Shown: in pieces, positions 12,801 to 27,800 of the stretch | Position numbering within the stretch: position 1 is the first letter of the stretch | Layout of the letters: every line of letters begins with the position of its first letter | From: Octopus vulgaris | Taxonomy: Eukaryota | Reading direction: 5' to 3' | Assembly (NCBI GenBank): GCA_951406725.2 | Contig: OX597823.1 | Span: 56,172,001 to 56,236,000 of the forward strand | DNA length: 64,000 bases | Made by a program: the position numbers and the translations under genes | Notes under the pieces: model-generated | Seen by the model: the letters and a program-made list of their open reading frames with translations, nothing else | What the model was told of the DNA's origin: nothing | Database searches by the model: none

Positions 12801-15800
12801 ACAAACGTCCAAGCTTTCAGCCCTACCGTTGTGTCGCCAAAGTCCAAATTGGAACCTGGAGTAAGTAAGATCACTTCTATTCGCATATACGCTGATAACA
12901 CTCTCTATCAAAGTGTTAATATTTGCAATTTTAATCCACTCTTCTAAGCAGAGCGCATATAACACTTTTCTACTTACGCACAATTCTATCGGACACTTTT
13001 GACATTCACATAACTTTGTCATGCATCGTCATATTCCAAAAGTAACACTGCTTAGTTTAGAAGCACCTTTAAATGTCCTATAGATTTTCCAGGTATGTCT
13101 TTTAAAAGGAAGCCTCCTATTATGATAGACGCAAAGTATATTGGCATTTCCTCCCATATCACTACTCCATTAGTCAGTAGCAAATATTCCATTCACGCTT
13201 CACACAACCCTGTTTATTCAATGATCACTATTCTTATGATTACGTCAAATTCGTATTTAGATGTTTCCTGCAAATGAAATCTATGAAATTAAGGCTGACG
13301 TCGAAGTGAAGTCGCTGACGATTACGTTTCATCGAACAAACCCTCAACTAGCTATGTCAGCTGAGGTCAAGATATGGGAATGCAAGAAGCAAAAGCCAAC
13401 AACAGCAGCAACGACAACACAGTCAACTGCGACGACAACTGCGAAAACAACTACGGCAGCCACGACAACTACAACAGCCACAACTACAGCAGCCACAACT
13501 AAACCTACCACTGTTGTTTCTACATCCAAGGTACCAACAACAAAAGTATCAGTCTCCCCTACTACCACACCTTCTCCCACAACAACAACTGTTCCATCTA
13601 CGACAGCAGGTATGTGAAATTTGAATTAACTTCCATTCTCTAGTAATACCATCCCGCTGCCTTTCCCACAGGCTTTCACGCGTTATGACAATGATTTTCT
13701 TCTGGATATATCGTGAAATCTTCCAAATCACTTACCTGTCAGTATACATTCAATGACACCTGTTAATAATTCAGTTGATATACATTTATCAATTTCCTTC
13801 TTTCATTCCACACAGTTCCAACGACAACTACGGCAGCCACAACAACTACGGCAGCCACAACAACTACGGCAGCCACAACAACTACAGCAGCCACAACTAA
13901 ACCTACCACTGTTGTTTCTACATCGAAGCCACCAACAACAGTATCAGCCTCACCTACTACCACATCCTCTCCCACAACAACACCTGTGGCATCTACGACA
14001 ACGCCACCAACTACAGGTATGTGAAATTTTGTGTTATCGTTCGGTTCTCTAACAAAACCTCTCCACTGCCTTTCCCGCATAAAATCAACGATTATCTGCT
14101 GGAAATGTGATGAGATCTTTCATATCACTGAACTGTTATTATTCATTGAAAACACACGTATTAATTGATTCTGTTGATATGCATTTGTCTATTTCCTGCT
14201 TTCCTTCTACACAGTTCCTACGACAACTTCGGTACCATGTCAGCTGGTTGACACAATGACCGATCTAACGGATGACGAGATTGTTCCATCGTCTTTGAAA
14301 ACTGGCAGTCAAGCGACGGATGTGCGTCCTGGTGGTGAGGTGTGGACTCCTGCTAAGACTGACAGCTCGCCAAGCATCACGTTTACTTTTACACACACTC
14401 GCGATATCCGGAAAGTGCAAATCACGTCATTAACAAACGTCCAAGCTTTCAGCCCTACCGTTGTGTCGCCAAAGTCCAAATTGGAACCTGGAGTAAGTAA
14501 GATCACTTCTATTCGCATATACGCTGATAACATTCTCTATCAAAGTGTTAATATTTGCAATTTTAATCCACTCTTCTAAGCAGAGCGCATATAACACTTT
14601 TCTACTTACGCACAATTCTATCGGACACTTTTGACATTCACATAACTTTGTCATGCATCGTCATATTCCAAAAGTAACACTGCTTAGTTTAGAAGCACCT
14701 TTAAATGTCCTATAGATTTTCCAGGTATGTCTTTTAAAAGGAAGCCTCCTATTATGATAGACGCAAAGTATATTGGCATTTCCTCCCATATCACTACTCC
14801 ATTAGTCAGTAGCAAATATTCCATTCACGCTTCACACAACCCTGTTTATTCAATGATCACTATTCTTATGATTACGTCAAATTCGTATTTAGATGTTTCC
14901 TGCAAATGAAATCTATGAAATTAAGGCTGACGTCGAAGTGAAGTCGCTGACGATTACGTTTCATCGAACAAACCCTCAACTAGCTATGTCAGCTGAGGTC
15001 AAGATATGGGAATGCAAGAAGCAAAAGCCAACAACAGCAGCAACGACAACACAGTCAACTGCGGCGACAACTGCGAAAACAACTACGGCAGCCACGACAA
15101 CTACAACAGCCACAACTACAGCAGCCACAACTAAACCTACCACTGTTGTTTCTACATCCAAGGTACCAACAACAAAAGTATCAGTCTCCCCTACTACCAC
15201 ACCTTCTCCCACAACAACAACTGTTCCATCTACGACAGCAGGTATGTGAAATTTGAATTAACTTCCATTCTCTAGTAATACCATCCCGCTGCCTTTCCCA
15301 CAGGCTTTCTCGCGTTATGACAATGATTTTCTTCTGGATATATCGTGAAATCTTCCAAATCACTTACCTGTCAGTATACATTCAATGACACCTGTTAATA
15401 ATTCAGTTGATATACATTTATCAATTTCCTTCTTTCATTCCACGCAGTTCCAACGACAACTACGGCAGCCACAACAACTACGGCAGCCACAACAACTACG
15501 GCAGCCACAACAACTACAGCAGCCACAACTAAACCTACCACTGTTGTTTCTACATCGAAGCCACCAACAACAGTATCAGCCTCACCTACTACCACATCCT
15601 CTCCCACAACAACACCTGTGGCATCTACGACAACGCCACCAACTACAGGTATGTGAAATTTTGTGTTATCGTTCGGTTCTCTAACAAAACCTCTCCACTG
15701 CCTTTCCCGCATAAAATCAACGATTATCTGCTGGAAATATGGTGAGATCTTTCATATCACTGAACTGTTATTATTCATTGAAAACACACGTATTAATTGA

Positions 15801-18800
15801 TTCTTTTGATATGCATTTGTCTATTTCCTGCTTTCCTTCTACACAGTTCCTACGACAACTTCGGTACCATGTCAGCTGGTTGACACAATGACCGATCTAA
15901 CGGATGACGAGATTGTTCCATCGTCTTTGAAAACTGGCAGTCAAGCGACGGATGTGCGTCCTGGTGGTGAGGTGTGGACTCCTGCTAAGACTGACAGCTC
16001 GCCAAGCATCACGTTTACTTTTACACACACTCGCGATATCCGGAAAGTGCAAATCACGTCATTAACAAACGTCCAAGCTTTCAGCCCTACCGTTGTGTCG
16101 CCAAAGTCCAAATTGGAACCTGGAGTAAGTAAGATCACTTCTATTCGCATATACGCTGATAACACTCTCTATCAAAGTGTTAATATTTGCAATTTTAATC
16201 CACTCTTCTAAGCAGAGCGCATATAACACTTTTCTACTTACGCACAATTCTATCGGACACTTTTGACATTCACATAACTTTGTCATGCATCGTCATATTC
16301 CAAAAGTAACACTGCTTAGTTTAGAAGCACCTTTAAATGTCCTATAGATTTTCCAGGTATGTCTTTTAAAAGGAAGCCTCCTATTATGATAGACGCAAAG
16401 TATATTGGCATTTCCTCCCATATCACTACTCCATTAGTCAGTAGCAAATATTCCATTCACGCTTCACACAACCCTGTTTATTCAATGATCACTATTCTTA
16501 TGATTACGTCAAATTCGTATTTAGATGTTTCCTGCAAATGAAATCTATGAAATTAAGGCTGACGTCGAAGTGAAGTCGCTGACGATTACGTTTCATCGAA
16601 CAAACCCTCAACTAGCTATGTCAGCTGAGGTCAAGATATGGGAATGCAAGAAGCAAAAGCCAACAACAGCAGCAACGACAACACAGTCAACTGCGGCGAC
16701 AACTGCGAAAACAACTACGGCAGCCACGACAACTACAACAGCCACAACTACAGCAGCCACAACTAAACCTACCACTGTTGTTTCTACATCCAAGGTACCA
16801 ACAACAAAAGTATCAGTCTCCCCTACTACCACACCTTCTCCCACAACAACAACTGTTCCATCTACGACAGCAGGTATGTGAAATTTGAATTAACTTCCAT
16901 TCTCTAGTAATACCATCCCGCTGCCTTTCCCACAGGCTTTCACGCGTTATGACAATGATTTTCTTCTGGATATATCGTGAAATCTTCCAAATCACTTACC
17001 TGTCAGTATACATTCAATGACACCTGTTAATAATTCAGTTGATATACATTTATCAATTTCCTTCTTTCATTCCACGCAGTTCCAACGACAACTACGGCAG
17101 CCACAACAACTACGGCAGCCACAACAACTACAGCAGCCACAACTAAACCTACCACTGTTGTTTCTACATCGAAGCCACCAACAACAGTATCAGCCTCACC
17201 TACTACCACATCCTCTCCCACAACAACACCTGTGGCATCTACGACAACGCCACCAACTACAGGTATGTGAAATTTTGTGTTATCGTTCGGTTCTCTAACA
17301 AAACCTCTCCACTGCCTTTCCCGCATAAAATCAACGATTATCTGCTGGAAATATGATGAGATCTTTCATATCACTGAACTGTTATTATTCATTGAAAACA
17401 CAAGTATTAATTGATTCTTTTGATATGCATTTGTCTATTTCCTGCTTTCCTTCTACACAGTTCCTACGACAACTTCGGTACCATGTCAGCTGGTTGACAC
17501 AATGACCGATCTAACGGATGACGAGATTGTTCCATCGTCTTTGAAAACTGGCAGTCAAGCGACGGATGTGCGTCCTGGTGGTGAGGTGTGGACTCCTGCT
17601 AAGACTGACAGCTCGCCAAGCATCACGTTTACTTTTACACACACTCGCGATATCCGGAAAGTGCAAATCACGTCATTAACAAACGTCCAAGCTTTCAGCC
17701 CTACCGTTGTGTCGCCAAAGTCCAAATTGGAACCTGGAGTAAGTAAGATCACTTCTATTCGCATATACGCTGATAACACTCTCTATCAAAGTGTTAATAT
17801 TTGCAATTTTAATCCACTCTTCTAAGCAGAGCGCATATAACACTTTTCTACTTACGCACAATTCTATCGGACACTTTTGACATTCACATAACTTTGTCAT
17901 GCATCGTCATATTCCAAAAGTAACACTGCTTAGTTTAGAAGCACCTTTAAATGTCCTATAGATTTTCCAGGTATGTCTTTTAAAAGGAAGCCTCCTATTA
18001 TGATAGACGCAAAGTATATTGGCATTTCCTCCCATATCACTACTCCATTAGTCAGTAGCAAATATTCCATTCACGCTTCACACAACCCTGTTTATTCAAT
18101 GATCACTATTCTTATGATTACGTCAAATTCGTATTTAGATGTTTCCTGCAAATGAAATCTATGAAATTAAGGCTGACGTCGAAGTGAAGTCGCTGACGAT
18201 TACGTTTCATCGAACAAACCCTCAACTAGCTATGTCAGCTGAGGTCAAGATATGGGAATGCAAGAAGCAAAAGCCAACAACAGCAGCAACGACAACACAG
18301 TCAACTGCGACGACAACTGCGAAAACAACTACGGCAGCCACGACAACTACAACAGCCACAACTACAGCAGCCACAACTAAACCTACCACTGTTGTTTCTA
18401 CATCCAAGGTACCAACAACAAAAGTATCAGTCTCCCCTACTACCACACCTTCTCCCACAACAACAACTGTTCCATCTACGACAGCAGGTATGTGAAATTT
18501 GAATTAACTTCCATTCTCTAGTAATACCATCCCGCTGCCTTTCCCACAGGCTTTCACGCGTTATGACAATGATTTTCTTCTGGATATATCGTGAAATCTT
18601 CCAAATCACTTACCTGTCAGTATACATTCAATGACACCTGTTAATAATTCAGTTGATATACATTTATCAATTTCCTTCTTTCATTCCACACAGTTCCAAC
18701 GACAACTACGGCAGCCACAACAACTACGGCAGCCACAACAACTACAGCAGCCACAACTAAACCTACCACTGTTGTTTCTACATCGAAGCCACCAACAACA

Positions 18801-21800
18801 GTATCAGCCTCACCTACTACCACATCCTCTCCCACAACAACACCTGTGGCATCTACGACAACGCCACCAACTACAGGTATGTGAAATTTTGTGTTATCGT
18901 TCGGTTCTCTAACAAAACCTCTCCACTGCCTTTCCCGCATAAAATCAACGATTATCTGCTGGAAATATGGTGAGATCTTTCATATCACTGAACTGTTATT
19001 ATTCATTGAAAACACACGTATTAATTGATTCTGTTGATATGCATTTGTCTATTTCCTGCTTTCCTTCTACACAGTTCCTACGACAACTTCGGTACCATGT
19101 CAGCTGGTTGACACAATGACCGATCTAACGGATGACGAGATTGTTCCATCGTCTTTGAAAACTGGCAGTCAAGCGACGGATGTGCGTCCTGGTGGTGAGG
19201 TGTGGACTCCTGCTAAGACTGACAGCTCGCCAAGCATCACGTTTACTTTTACACACACTCGCGATATCCGGAAAGTGCAAATCACGTCATTAACAAACGT
19301 CCAAGCTTTCAGCCCTACCGTTGTGTCGCCAAAGTCCAAATTGGAACCTGGAGTAAGTAAGATCACTTCTATTCGCATATACGCTGATAACACTCTCTAT
19401 CAAAGTGTTAATATTTGCAATTTTAATCCACTCTTCTAAGCAGAGCGCATATAACACTTTTCTACTTACGCACAATTCTATCGGACACTTTTGACATTCA
19501 CATAACTTTGTCATGCATCGTCATATTCCAAAAGTAACACTGCTTAGTTTAGAAGCACCTTTAAATGTCCTATAGATTTTCCAGGTATGTCTTTTAAAAG
19601 GAAGCCTCCTATTATGATAGACGCAAAGTATATTGGCATTTCCTCCCATATCACTACTCCATTAGTCAGTAGCAAATATTCCATTCACGCTTCACACAAC
19701 CCTGTTTATTCAATGATCACTATTCTTATGGTTACGTCAAATTCGTATTTAGATGTTTCCTGCAAATGAAATCTATGAAATTAAGGCTGACGTCGAAGTG
19801 AAGTCGCTGACGATTACGTTTCATCGAACAAACCCTCAACTAGCTATGTCAGCTGAGGTCAAGATATGGGAATGCAAGAAGCAAAAGCCAACAACAGCAG
19901 CAACGACAACACAGTCAACTGCGACGACAACTGCGAAAACAACTACGGCAGCCACGACAACTACAACAGCCACAACTACAGCAGCCACAACTAAACCTAC
20001 CACTGTTGTTTCTACATCCAAGGTACCAACAACAAAAGTATCAGTCTCCCCTACTACCACACCTTCTCCCACAACAACAACTGTTCCATCTACGACAGCA
20101 GGTATGTGAAATTTGAATTAACTTCCATTCTCTAGTAATACCATCCCGCTGCCTTTCCCACAGGCTTTCACGCGTTATGACAATGATTTTCTTCTGGATA
20201 TATCGTGAAATCTTCCAAATCACATACCTGTCAGTATACATTCAATGACACCTGTTAATAATTCAGTTGATATACATTTATCAATTTCCTTCTTTCATTC
20301 CACGCAGTTCCAACGACAACTACGGCAGCCACAACAACTACGGCAGCCACAACAACTACAGCAGCCACAACTAAACCTACCACTGTTGTTTCTACATCGA
20401 AGCCACCAACAACAGTATCAGCCTCACCTACTACCACATCCTCTCCCACAACAACACCTGTGGCATCTACGACAACGCCACCAACTACAGGTATGTGAAA
20501 TTTTGTGTTATCGTTCGGTTCTCTAACAAAACCTCTCCACTGCCTTTCCCGCATAAAATCAACGATTATCTGCTGGAAATATGGTGAGATCTTTCATATC
20601 ACTGAACTGTTATTATTCATTGAAAACACACGTATTAATTGATTCTGTTGATATGCATTTGTCTATTTCCTGCTTTCCTTCTACACAGTTCCTACGACAA
20701 CTTCGGTACCATGTCAGCTGGTTGACACAATGACCGATCTAACGGATGACGAGATTGTTCCATCGTCTTTGAAAACTGGCAGTCAAGCGACGGATGTGCG
20801 TCCTGGTGGTGAGGTGTGGACTCCTGCTAAGACTGACAGCTCGCCAAGCATCACGTTTACTTTTACACACACTCGCGATATCCGGAAAGTGCAAATCACG
20901 TCATTAACAAACGTCCAAGCTTTCAGCCCTACCGTTGTGTCGCCAAAGTCCAAATTGGAACCTGGAGTAAGTAAGATCACTTCTATTCGCATATACGCTG
21001 ATAACACTCTCTATCAAAGTGTTAATATTTGCAATTTTAATCCACTCTTCTAAGCAGAGCGCATATAACACTTTTCTACTTACGCACAATTCTATCGGAC
21101 ACTTTTGACATTCACATAACTTTGTCATGCATCGTCATATTCCAAAAGTAACACTGCTTAGTTTAGAAGCACCTTTAAATGTCCTATAGATTTTCCAGGT
21201 ATGTCTTTTAAAAGGAAGCCTCCTATTATGATAGACGCAAAGTATATTGGCATTTCCTCCCATATCACTACTCCATTAGTCAGTAGCAAATATTCCATTC
21301 ACGCTTCACACAACCCTGTTTATTCAATGATCACTATTCTTATGATTACGTCAAATTCGTATTTAGATGTTTCCTGCAAATGAAATCTATGAAATTAAGG
21401 CTGACGTCGAAGTGAAGTCGCTGACGATTACGTTTCATCGAACAAACCCTCAACTAGCTATGTCAGCTGAGGTCAAGATATGGGAATGCAAGAAGCAAAA
21501 GCCAACAACAGCAGCAACGACAACACAGTCAACTGCGACGACAACTGCGAAAACAACTACGGCAGCCACGACAACTACAACAGCCACAACTACAGCAGCC
21601 ACAACTAAACCTACCACTGTTGTTTCTACATCCAAGGTACCAACAACAAAAGTATCAGTCTCCCCTACTACCACACCTTCTCCCACAACAACAACTGTTC
21701 CATCTACGACAGCAGGTATGTGAAATTTGAATTAACTTCCATTCTCTAGTAATACCATCCCGCTGCCTTTCCCACAGGCTTTCACGCGTTATGACAATGA

Positions 21801-24800
21801 TTTTCTTCTGGATATATCGTGAAATCTTCCAAATCATTTACCTGTCAGTATACATTCAATGACACCTGTTAATAATTCAGTTGATATACATTTATCAATT
21901 TCCTTCTTTCATTCCACACAGTTCCAACGACAACTACGGCAGCCACAACAACTACGGCAGCCACAACAACTACAGCAGCCACAACTAAACCTACCACTGT
22001 TGTTTCTACATCGAAGCCACCAACAACAGTATCAGCCTCACCTACTACCACATCCTCTCCCACAACAACACCTGTGGCATCTACGACAACGCCACCAACT
22101 ACAGGTATGTGAAATTTTGTGTTATCGTTCGGTTCTCTAACAAAACCTCTCCACTGCCTTTCCCGCATAAAATCAACGATTATCTGCTGGAAATATGGTG
22201 AGATCTTTCATATCACTGAACTGTTATTATTCATTGAAAACACACGTATTAATTGATTCTGTTGATATGCATTTGTCTATTTCCTGCTTTCCTTCTACAC
22301 AGTTCCTACGACAACTTCGGTACCATGTCAGCTGGTTGACACAATGACCGATCTAACGGATGACGAGATTGTTCCATCGTCTTTGAAAACTGGCAGTCAA
22401 GCGACGGATGTGCGTCCTGGTGGTGAGGTGTGGACTCCTGCTAAGACTGACAGCTCGCCAAGCATCACGTTTACTTTTACACACACTCGCGATATCCGGA
22501 AAGTGCAAATCACGTCATTAGCAAACGTCCAAGCTTTCAGCCCTACCGTTGTGTCGCCAAAGTCCAAATTGGAACCTGGAGTAAGTAAGATCACTTCTAT
22601 TCGCATATACGCTGATAACACTCTCTATCAAAGTGTTAATATTTGCAATTTTAATCCACTCTTCTAAGCAGAGCGCATATAACACTTTTCTACTTACGCA
22701 CAATTCTATCGGACACTTTTGACATTCACATAACTTTGTCATGCATCGTCATATTCCAAAAGTAACACTGCTTAGTTTAGAAGCACCTTTAAATGTCCTA
22801 TAGATTTTCCAGGTATGTCTTTTAAAAGGAAGCCTCCTATTATGATAGACGCAAAGTATATTGGCATTTCCTCCCATATCACTACTCCATTAGTCAGTAG
22901 CAAATATTCCATTCACGCTTCACACAACCCTGTTTATTCAATGATCACTATTCTTATGGTTACGTCAAATTCGTATTTAGATGTTTCCTGCAAATGAAAT
23001 CTATGAAATTAAGGCTGACGTCGAAGTGAAGTCGCTGACGATTACGTTTCATCGAACAAACCCTCAACTAGCTATGTCAGCTGAGGTCAAGATATGGGAA
23101 TGCAAGAAGCAAAAGCCAACAACAGCAGCAACGACAACACAGTCAACTGCGGCGACAACTGCGAAAACAACTACGGCAGCCACGACAACTACAACAGCCA
23201 CAACTACAGCAGCCACAACTAAACCTACCACTGTTGTTTCTACATCCAAGGTACCAACAACAAAAGTATCAGTCTCCACTACTACCACACCTTCTCCCAC
23301 AACAACAACTGTTCCATCTACGACAGCAGGTATGTGAAATTTGAATTAACTTCCATTCTCTAGTAATACCATCCCGCTGGCTTTCCCACAGGCTTTCACG
23401 CGTTATGACAATGATTTTCTTCTGGATATATCGTGAAATCTTCCAAATCACTTACCTGTCAGTATACATTCAATGACACCTGTTAATAATTCAGTTGATA
23501 TACATTTATCAATTTCCTTCTTTCATTCCACGCAGTTCCAACGACAACTACGGCAGCCACAACAACTACGGCAGCCACAACAACTACAGCAGCCACAACT
23601 AAACCTACCACTGTTGTTTCTACATCGAAGCCACCAACAACAGTATCAGCCTCACCTACTACCACATCCTCTCCCACAACAACACCTGTGGCATCTACGA
23701 CAACGCCACCAACTACAGGTATGTGAAATTTTGTGTTATCGTTCGGTTCTCTAACAAAACCTCTCCACTGCCTTTCCCGCATAAAATCAACGATTATCTG
23801 CTGGAAATATGATGAGATCTTTCATATCACTGAACTGTTATTATTCATTGAAAACACACGTATTAATTGATTCTTTTGATATGCATTTGTCTATTTCCTG
23901 CTTTCCTTCTACACAGTTCCTACGACAACTTCGGTACCATGTCAGCTGGTTGACACAATGACCGATCTAACGGATGACGAGATTGTTCCATCGTCTTTGA
24001 AAACTGGCAGTCATGCGACGGATGTGCGTCCTGGTGGTGAGGTGTGGACTCCTGCTAAGACTGACAGCTCGCCAAGCATCACGTTTACTTTTACACACAC
24101 TCGCGATATCCGGAAAGTGCAAATCACGTCATTAACAAACGTCCAAGCTTTCAGCCCTACCGTTGTGTCGCCAAAGTCCAAATTGGAACCTGGAGTAAGT
24201 AAGATCACTTCTATTCGCATATACGCTGATAACACTCTCTATCAAAGTGTTAATATTTGCAATTTTAATCCACTCTTCTAAGCAGAGCGCATATAACACT
24301 TTTCTACTTACGCACAATTCTATCGGACACTTTTGACATTCACATAACTTTGTCATGCATCGTCATATTCCAAAAGTAACACTGCTTAGTTTAGAAGCAC
24401 CTTTAAATGTCCTATAGATTTTCCAGGTATGTCTTTTAAAAGGAAGCCTCCTATTATGATAGACGCAAAGTATATTGGCATTTCCTCCCATATCACTACT
24501 CCATTAGTCAGTAGCAAATATTCCATTCACGCTTCACACAACCCTGTTTATTCAATGATCACTATTCTTATGATTACGTCAAATTCGTATTTAGATGTTT
24601 CCTGCAAATGAAATCTATGAAATTAAGGCTGACGTCGAAGTGAAGTCGCTGACGATTACGTTTCATCGAACAAACCCTCAACTAGCTATGTCAGCTGAGG
24701 TCAAGATATGGGAATGCAAGAAGCAAAAGCCAACAACAGCAGCAACGACAACACATTCAACTGCGACGACAACTGCGAAAACAACTACGGCAGCCACGAC

Positions 24801-27800
24801 AACTACAACAGCCACAACTACAGCAGCCACAACTAAACCTACCACTGTTGTTTCTACATCCAAGGTACCAACAACAAAAGTATCAGTCTCCCCTACTACC
24901 ACACCTTCTCCCACAACAACAACTGTTCCATCTACGACAGCAGGTATGTGAAATTTGAATTAACTTCCATTCTCTAGTAATACCATCCCGCTGCCTTTCC
25001 CACAGGCTTTCACGCGTTATGACAATGATTTTCTTCTGGATATATCGTGAAATCTTCCAAAGCACTTACCTGTCAGTATACATTCAATGACACCTGTTAA
25101 TAATTCAGTTGATATACATTTATCAATTTCCTTCTTTCATTCCACGCAGTTCCAACGACAACTACGGCAGCCACAACAACTACGGCAGCCACAACAACTA
25201 CAGCAGCCACAACTAAACCTACCACTGTTGTTTCTACATCGAAGCCACCAACAACAGTATCAGCCTCACCTACTACCACATCCTCTCCCACAACAACACC
25301 TGTGGCATCTACGACAACGCCACCAACTACAGGTATGTGAAATTTTGTGTTATCGTTCGGTTCTCTAACAAAACCTCTCCACTGCCTTTCCCGCATAAAA
25401 TCAACGATTATCTGCTGGAAATATGGTGAGATCTTTCATATCACTGAACTGTTATTATTCATTGAAAACACACGTATTAATTGATTCTGTTGATATGCAT
25501 TTGTCTATTTCCTGCTTTCCTTCTACACAGTTCCTACGACAACTTCGGTACCATGTCAGCTGGTTGACACAATGACCGATCTAACGGATGACGAGATTGT
25601 TCCATCGTCTTTGAAAACTGGCAGTCAAGCGACGGATGTGCGTCCTGGTGGTGAGGTGTGGACTCCTGCTAAGACTGACAGCTCGCCAAGCATCACGTTT
25701 ACTTTTACACACACTCGCGATATCCGGAAAGTGCAAATCACGTCATTAACAAACGTCCAAGCTTTCAGCCCTACCGTTGTGTCGCCAAAGTCCAAATTGG
25801 AACCTGGAGTAAGTAAGATCACTTCTATTCGCATATACGCTGATAACACTCTCTATCAAAGTGTTAATATTTGCAATTTTAATCCACTCTTCTAAGCAGA
25901 GCGCATATAACACTTTTCTACTTACGCACAATTCTATCGGACACTTTTGACATTCACATAACTTTGTCATGCATCGTCATATTCCAAAAGTAACACTGCT
26001 TAGTTTAGAAGCACCTTTAAATGTCCTATAGATTTTCCAGGTATGTCTTTTAAAAGGAAGCCTCCTATTATGATAGACGCAAAGTATATTGGCATTTCCT
26101 CCCATATCACTACTCCATTAGTCAGTAGCAAATATTCCATTCACGCTTCACACAACCCTGTTTATTCAATGATCACTATTCTTATGATTACGTCAAATTC
26201 GTATTTAGATGTTTCCTGCAAATGAAATCTATGAAATTAAGGCTGACGTCGAAGTGAAGTCGCTGACGATTACGTTTCATCGAACAAACCCTCAACTAGC
26301 TATGTCAGCTGAGGTCAAGATATGGGAATGCAAGAAGCAAAAGCCAACAACAGCAGCAACGACAACACAGTCAACTGCGACGACAACTGCGAAAACAACT
26401 ACGGCAGCCACGACAACTACAACAGCCACAACTACAGCAGCCACAACTAAACCTACCACTGTTGTTTCTACATCCAAGGTACCAACAACAAAAGTATCAG
26501 TCTCCCCTACTACCACACCTTCTCCCACAACAACAACTGTTCCATCTACGACAGCAGGTATGTGAAATTTGAATTAACTTCCATTCTCTAGTAATACCAT
26601 CCCGCTGCCTTTCCCACAGGCTTTCACGCGTTATGACAATGATTTTCTTCTGGATATATCGTGAAATCTTCCAAAGCACTTACCTGTCAGTATACATTCA
26701 ATGACACCTGTTAATAATTCAGTTGATATACATTTATCAATTTCCTTCTTTCATTCCACGCAGTTCCAACGACAACTACGGCAGCCACAACAACTACGGC
26801 AGCCACAACAACTACAGCAGCCACAACTAAACCTACCACTGTTGTTTCTACATCGAAGCCACCAACAACAGTATCAGCCTCACCTACTACCACATCCTCT
26901 CCCACAACAACACCTGTGGCATCTACGACAACGCCACCAACTACAGGTATGTGAAATTTTGTGTTATCGTTCGGTTCTCTAACAAAACCTCTCCACTGCC
27001 TTTCCCGCATAAAATCAACGATTATCTGCTGGAAATATGGTGAGATCTTTCATATCACTGAACTGTTATTATTCATTGAAAACACACGTATTAATTGATT
27101 CTGTTGATATGCATTTGTCTATTTCCTGCTTTCCTTCTACACAGTTCCTACGACAACTTCGGTACCATGTCAGCTGGTTGACACAATGACCGATCTAACG
27201 GATGACGAGATTGTTCCATCGTCTTTGAAAACTGGCAGTCAAGCGACGGATGTGCGTCCTGGTGGTGAGGTGTGGACTCCTGCTAAGACTGACAGCTCGC
27301 CAAGCATCACGTTTACTTTTAAACACACTCGCGATATCCGGAAAGTGCAAATCACGTCATTAACAAACGTCCAAGCTTTCAGCCCTACCGTTGTGTCGCC
27401 AAAGTCCAAATTGGAACCTGGAGTAAGTAAGATCACTTCTATTCGCATATACGCTGATAACACTCTCTATCAAAGTGTTAATATTTGCAATTTTAATCCA
27501 CTCTTCTAAGCAGAGCGCATATAACACTTTTCTACTTACGCACAATTCTATCGGACACTTTTGACATTCACATAACTTTGTCATGCATCGTCATATTCCA
27601 AAAGTAACACTGCTTAGTTTAGAAGCACCTTTAAATGTCCTATAGATTTTCCAGGTATGTCTTTTAAAAGGAAGCCTCCTATTATGATAGACGCAAAGTA
27701 TATTGGCATTTCCTCCCATATCACTACTCCATTAGTCAGTAGCAAATATTCCATTCACGCTTCACACAACCCTGTTTATTCAATGATCACTATTCTTATG

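Noticed and set aside
13093-13098. Extra splice site ttttccag|gtatgt inside the 400-bp array intron
   Set aside because: Using it as an exon start leads out of frame or to a stop. It could be a recursive-type site, but the intron is short and there is no support.
12624-13617. 107-aa and 118-aa ORFs as independent tandem genes
   Set aside because: Their ATGs are internal or sit right at a splice acceptor, and they run past GT donors into introns; they are halves of one spliced domain.
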